The position numbers were made by a program, and so were the translations under genes. Source: Leucoraja erinacea (Eukaryota). From it: a DNA stretch of 38,551 bases. Below are positions 35,119 to 38,551 of this stretch, piece after piece. The notes beneath the pieces were generated by a model. That model was not told where the DNA came from. It made no database searches and saw nothing but the letters and a program-made list of their open reading frames with translations. Numbering within the stretch: the first letter of the stretch is position 1; each line of letters starts with the position of its first letter. The DNA lies in the NCBI RefSeq assembly GCF_028641065.1, contig NC_073410.1:13268001-13306551 (forward strand), written 5' to 3'.

Positions 35119-35744
35119 CACCAGCACCGACCACACATATTTAATAAATTATCACATATTCTCCTCAAATTCCACCACTCGTCTACACTACACCCTGCGA
35201 ACAATTTGTAGGGGCTAAACAGCCTACCGATCCGCAGGTCTTTGGGAAATTAGAACATCTAATAAAACCTTATGTACAAATTCCACACAGACATCAGCGG
35301 CTGCTCTACCAGCTGCGCCACTGTAACATGAGATGTTACCTTTGTTTTTATTAATCGATGCTTGCTGCCTGCTGAGTACTTCCAGCATTTCCTATCTTCA
35401 TTCGAAGTTTCCAGTGCCCATTGTGTCGGGGGTGGAACAAGCTGCCAGAGGAGGTAGTTGAGGCAGGTACGATAACAGCATTAAAAAAGACAATTGTATC
35501 GGTACAATGGCAGCAAATGGGACCAGCTTAGATGGGGATTGTTGATCTGCATAGACAAGTTGGGCCGAAGGGCCTGTTCCCATACTATATGACTATGAGT
35601 TTATATATGAACGCAGTTGTCGCAGTGTTTCTGCTGGCCTCGCATTCTGTTTCTCTTTCCACAGCGCAACATCCCACCACTTTCCACCTTTGTTTAAAAC
35701 TTGTTGCAACAGGAATATTTTCGCCAAGGACTGCTCTCACCCCA

Positions 35745-36062
35745 ACCATAGACTGTTTACCCTCCTACCATCCGGGAGGCGCTACAGGTCTCTCCGTTGC
35801 TGGACCAGCAGGTCCAGGAACAGCTTCTTCCCTGCGGCTGTCACTCTACTCAACAATGTACCTCGGTGACTGCCAATCACCACCCCCCCGGACACTCCTC
35901 CCACCAGGAAAACACTATGTCTGTATGCATGTAAATAGATGTATTTATTGCTCATATTCGCTCATGTCATTCTTCCAGGGAGATGCTAACTGCATTTCGT
36001 TGTCTCTGTACTGTACACTGACAATGACAATTAAAGTTGAATCTCAATCTGAATCTCAATCT
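35745..36062 (+). mobile_element. Rex1-like LINE 3' end (different family)
   Basis: LLPSGRRYRSL...NSFFPAAV; gaatctcaatct tail. Confidence 0.72.
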
Positions 36063-36180
36063 GATTATTTTGCAATTCTGATGAAAGCTTCTGGCAGGAA
36101 AACTCTGTTGAGCAATTACTGATTTTTAGGCAGAACATAGAACATTGAACAATATCGCACATGAGCAAGTCTTTCACAAG

Positions 36181-36810
36181 AGAACACTAATGCAATTATC
36201 AAGAAAGCTCATCAGCGCCTCTACTTCCTGAGAAGATTATGGAGAGTCGGTTTGTCAAGGAAGACTCTCTCTAACTTCTACAGGTGCACAGTAGAGAGCA
36301 TGCTGACCGGTTGCATCGTGGCTTGGTTCGGCAACTTGAGCGCCCTGGAGAGGAAAAGACTACAAAAAGTAGTAAACTCTGCCCAGTCCATCATCGGCTC
36401 TGACCTCCCTTCCATCGAGGGGATTTATCGCAGTCGCTGCCTCAAAAAGGCTAGCAGTATCATCAAGGACCCACAGCATCCTGGCCACACACTCATCTCC
36501 CTGCTACCTTCAGGTAGAAGGTACAGGAGCCTGAAGACTGCAACAACCAGGTTCAGGAATAGTTACTTCCCCACAGCCATCAGGCTACTAAACCTGGCTC
36601 GGACAAAACTCTGATTATTAATAACCCATTTTCTGTTATTTGCACTTGATCAGTTTATTTATTCATGTGTGTATATATTTATATTGTGGTATATGGACAC
36701 ACTGATCTGTTTTGTAGTAAATGCCTACTATGTTCTGTGTGATGAAGCAAAGCAAGAATGTCATTGTCCTATACAGGGACACATGACAATAAACTCACTT
36801 GAACTTGAAC
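36181..36810 (+). mobile_element. Rex1/Babar LINE 3' fragment
   Basis: KKAHQRLYFLRRL...FYRCTVES...AIRLLN; aataaa plus cttgaa tail. Confidence 0.88.
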
Positions 36811-37234
36811 TTTCAGCCCACGAAGTCTGTGCTGAACATAATGCCAAGATAAACTAATCTCATCTACCGGCACACAATGCATATCCCTCCATTCCCTGCA
36901 TATCCATGTACCTATTTAAAAGCCTCATAAATGTCACTCTTGTGTCTGCCTCCACCGCAGCCCCTGGCAATGCTCCAGGCATCCACGACTCCCTGTGTAG
37001 ACAATACTGCTCCACACATCTTTAAACTCTACCTCTCTCACTTTAACGTTATGCCTTCAAATCTTTTGATACGATGCGATAGAACTTTATTCATCTCCGG
37101 AGGGAAATTGGTCTGTCAACAGTCATAACCCACAACAAGATACACGAAAACTTGAAATTAAAATTAAATTAGAAGTGAATAAAGAAGAAAAAGCCACGTG
37201 ACTGTTGGCCGGCTGTCGTGCGCACAGCGCCTGA

Positions 37235-37438
37235 AGGGCCTGCCTCACTTGGGCGTCATTGGAGCGTAATGCAGGTGGCCCACGAAGATTTTGTCTATCC
37301 CAAAATCCTGCCTATGTCATCACGCCTCATCACGGGCCATGCGTGCATAATGCACGCCATGCGCGCATCACGTGTGCGTCACGACGCGCGCATCGTGCGT
37401 AAATGACGTGCAACTGATGCCCAAGTGTGACAGGCCCT
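37235..37438. mobile_element. PIF/Harbinger-like MITE, family B
   Basis: TIR agggcctgcctcacttgggcgtca / tgatgcccaagtgtgacaggccct; flanks tga/tta; appears inserted in a LINE 3' UTR remnant. Confidence 0.8.
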
Positions 37439-37836
37439 TTAACCGGATCGAACGAACAAACGAACGCAGGCTTATTCCTTGAGAAGATGATTCTAAAACT
37501 AGAGTCCCCTCCCCCACCCCCCCCCCCCCCCCCCTCCCCCACACCGGATCCTCCATTGTTCTTCACAGCAGTCCCGGGCACGCCCGGGAAACGTTCTGAT
37601 GGTCTACACTATCTTTTCTGATTTTATTTCACACCTCCTGCAGCTGCGGTATTTTCTAGTATCCTTCTGCCGGCCAATACACTTCAACCCATCTAATAAA
37701 GCCTTTGTCCTATCCTCTATACATTCCAATTCCTGCTCCCTAAATGTTGCCAAATAAACTTCTAGAGATGCTATGAATTTGTTCATCTCCCCGGAGAGAA
37801 GTTAACCATGATTCACGTGGACATTGACTGGAAAAA

Positions 37837-37971
37837 AACGGGGTGGGAGATTGCAACCTTCACGTGGTCCAACCTGTTTCGACTAATGCAATCGACCCGA
37901 CGTGCACAAACAAATAGACCAAGTTGACCGACAACTTTAGGCTGTTCACGCCATATACGCAAGAAGAAGAA
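37837..37971 (+). mobile_element. Short retroposed insertion with (AAG)n tail
   Basis: 11-bp TSD gactggaaaaa (37826-37836 and 37972-37982); ends tacgcaagaagaagaa. Confidence 0.75.
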
Positions 37972-38169
37972 GACTGGAAAAACAACTTGCCAAGCAGTTT
38001 GGGGAGGAAAGAGATGTTTGAGAATAAACTATAACCTAGAGGGCAGAAGGGGCCAGGTTAGGATGTGAGGAGGGTGGAAGATTCAAGGTCATACTGAAGA
38101 GATTTGAATTGGTAAAAAACTGCATGGAGCAATACCAGGGCTAAGAGTTTCAACTGCAGGGGAAAGGCT

Positions 38170-38267
38170 AGTTAAGCAGGATAACGAGGGATAAAATTGG
38201 TCCATTGGAGAGACAGAGTGGACAGCTATCTGCAGAGCCAAAAGAGATGGGGGAGATATTGAACAAT
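38170..38267 (+). mobile_element. CR1 ORF2 internal fragment
   Basis: Translates RDKIGPLERQSGQLSAEPKEMGEILNN. Confidence 0.6.
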
Positions 38268-38371
38268 ACCTGCAGCCTCCGGCAACCACCTGCAACCTCC
38301 GGGAACCGCACGGAAACCTTGGGCGGGGCACAAAGTCTCCAGAGGTTCCTGTTTCTAAGTGGGACAGGGGC
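38268..38371. mobile_element. Partial Harbinger-like MITE, family C (one end only)
   Basis: Ends in aagtgggacaggggc, the terminus shared with families A and B. Confidence 0.55.
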
Positions 38372-38551
38372 ATAAGGTTCACACTTCGCCAAACGTCAAT
38401 TACAACCACGTTGCATCGTAGGCCATGTGCCGAATATGCATCAACTTAAAGTACAAGGATTGGTGTGAAGTTGCAAGGAAGTTGGACTCAGAAGTTCCCG
38501 TGGCTAAAATGTGGACGCGAAGGTGACACTGTCGAATACTGGAACCAAGAG

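Noticed and set aside
11050-38551. WNT8B or other neighbouring-gene coding exons
   Set aside because: No Wnt-like or other recognisable host peptide found in the ORF track or in the frames I translated by hand. Short exons could have been missed.

Overview
Eukaryotic (vertebrate) genomic DNA, most likely a cartilaginous fish (skate/ray/shark), inferred from the many HE1-type V-SINEs and CR1/HER1 LINE tails. The only host gene I can support is the 3' end of a stearoyl-CoA (delta-9) desaturase, most like SCD1, on the + strand: a 233-bp exon (2565-2797), a 5.3-kb intron, the terminal coding exon (8096-8295) and a ~2.7-kb 3' UTR ending near AATAAA at 11015. The rest is TE-rich intergenic DNA: V-SINEs, CR1 and Rex1/Babar LINE pieces, Penelope-like element (PLE) remnants, PIF/Harbinger-, hAT- and P-like MITEs, a 200-bp solo LTR, a compound 35/24-bp minisatellite and a CpG-rich promoter-like island (~26.2-26.7 kb). 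The most interesting signal is a highly repeated ~130-bp PLE terminal repeat carrying a minimal type I hammerhead-ribozyme motif (CTGANGA-A-stem II-GAAA-C-GTH). It occurs more than 15 times, often in fold-back arrangements. One near-intact copy lies in an SCD intron and a core-mutated copy lies in the SCD 3' UTR. Most ORFs in the supplied track are spurious translations of repeats. Repeat boundaries were read by eye and are approximate unless TSDs are cited.
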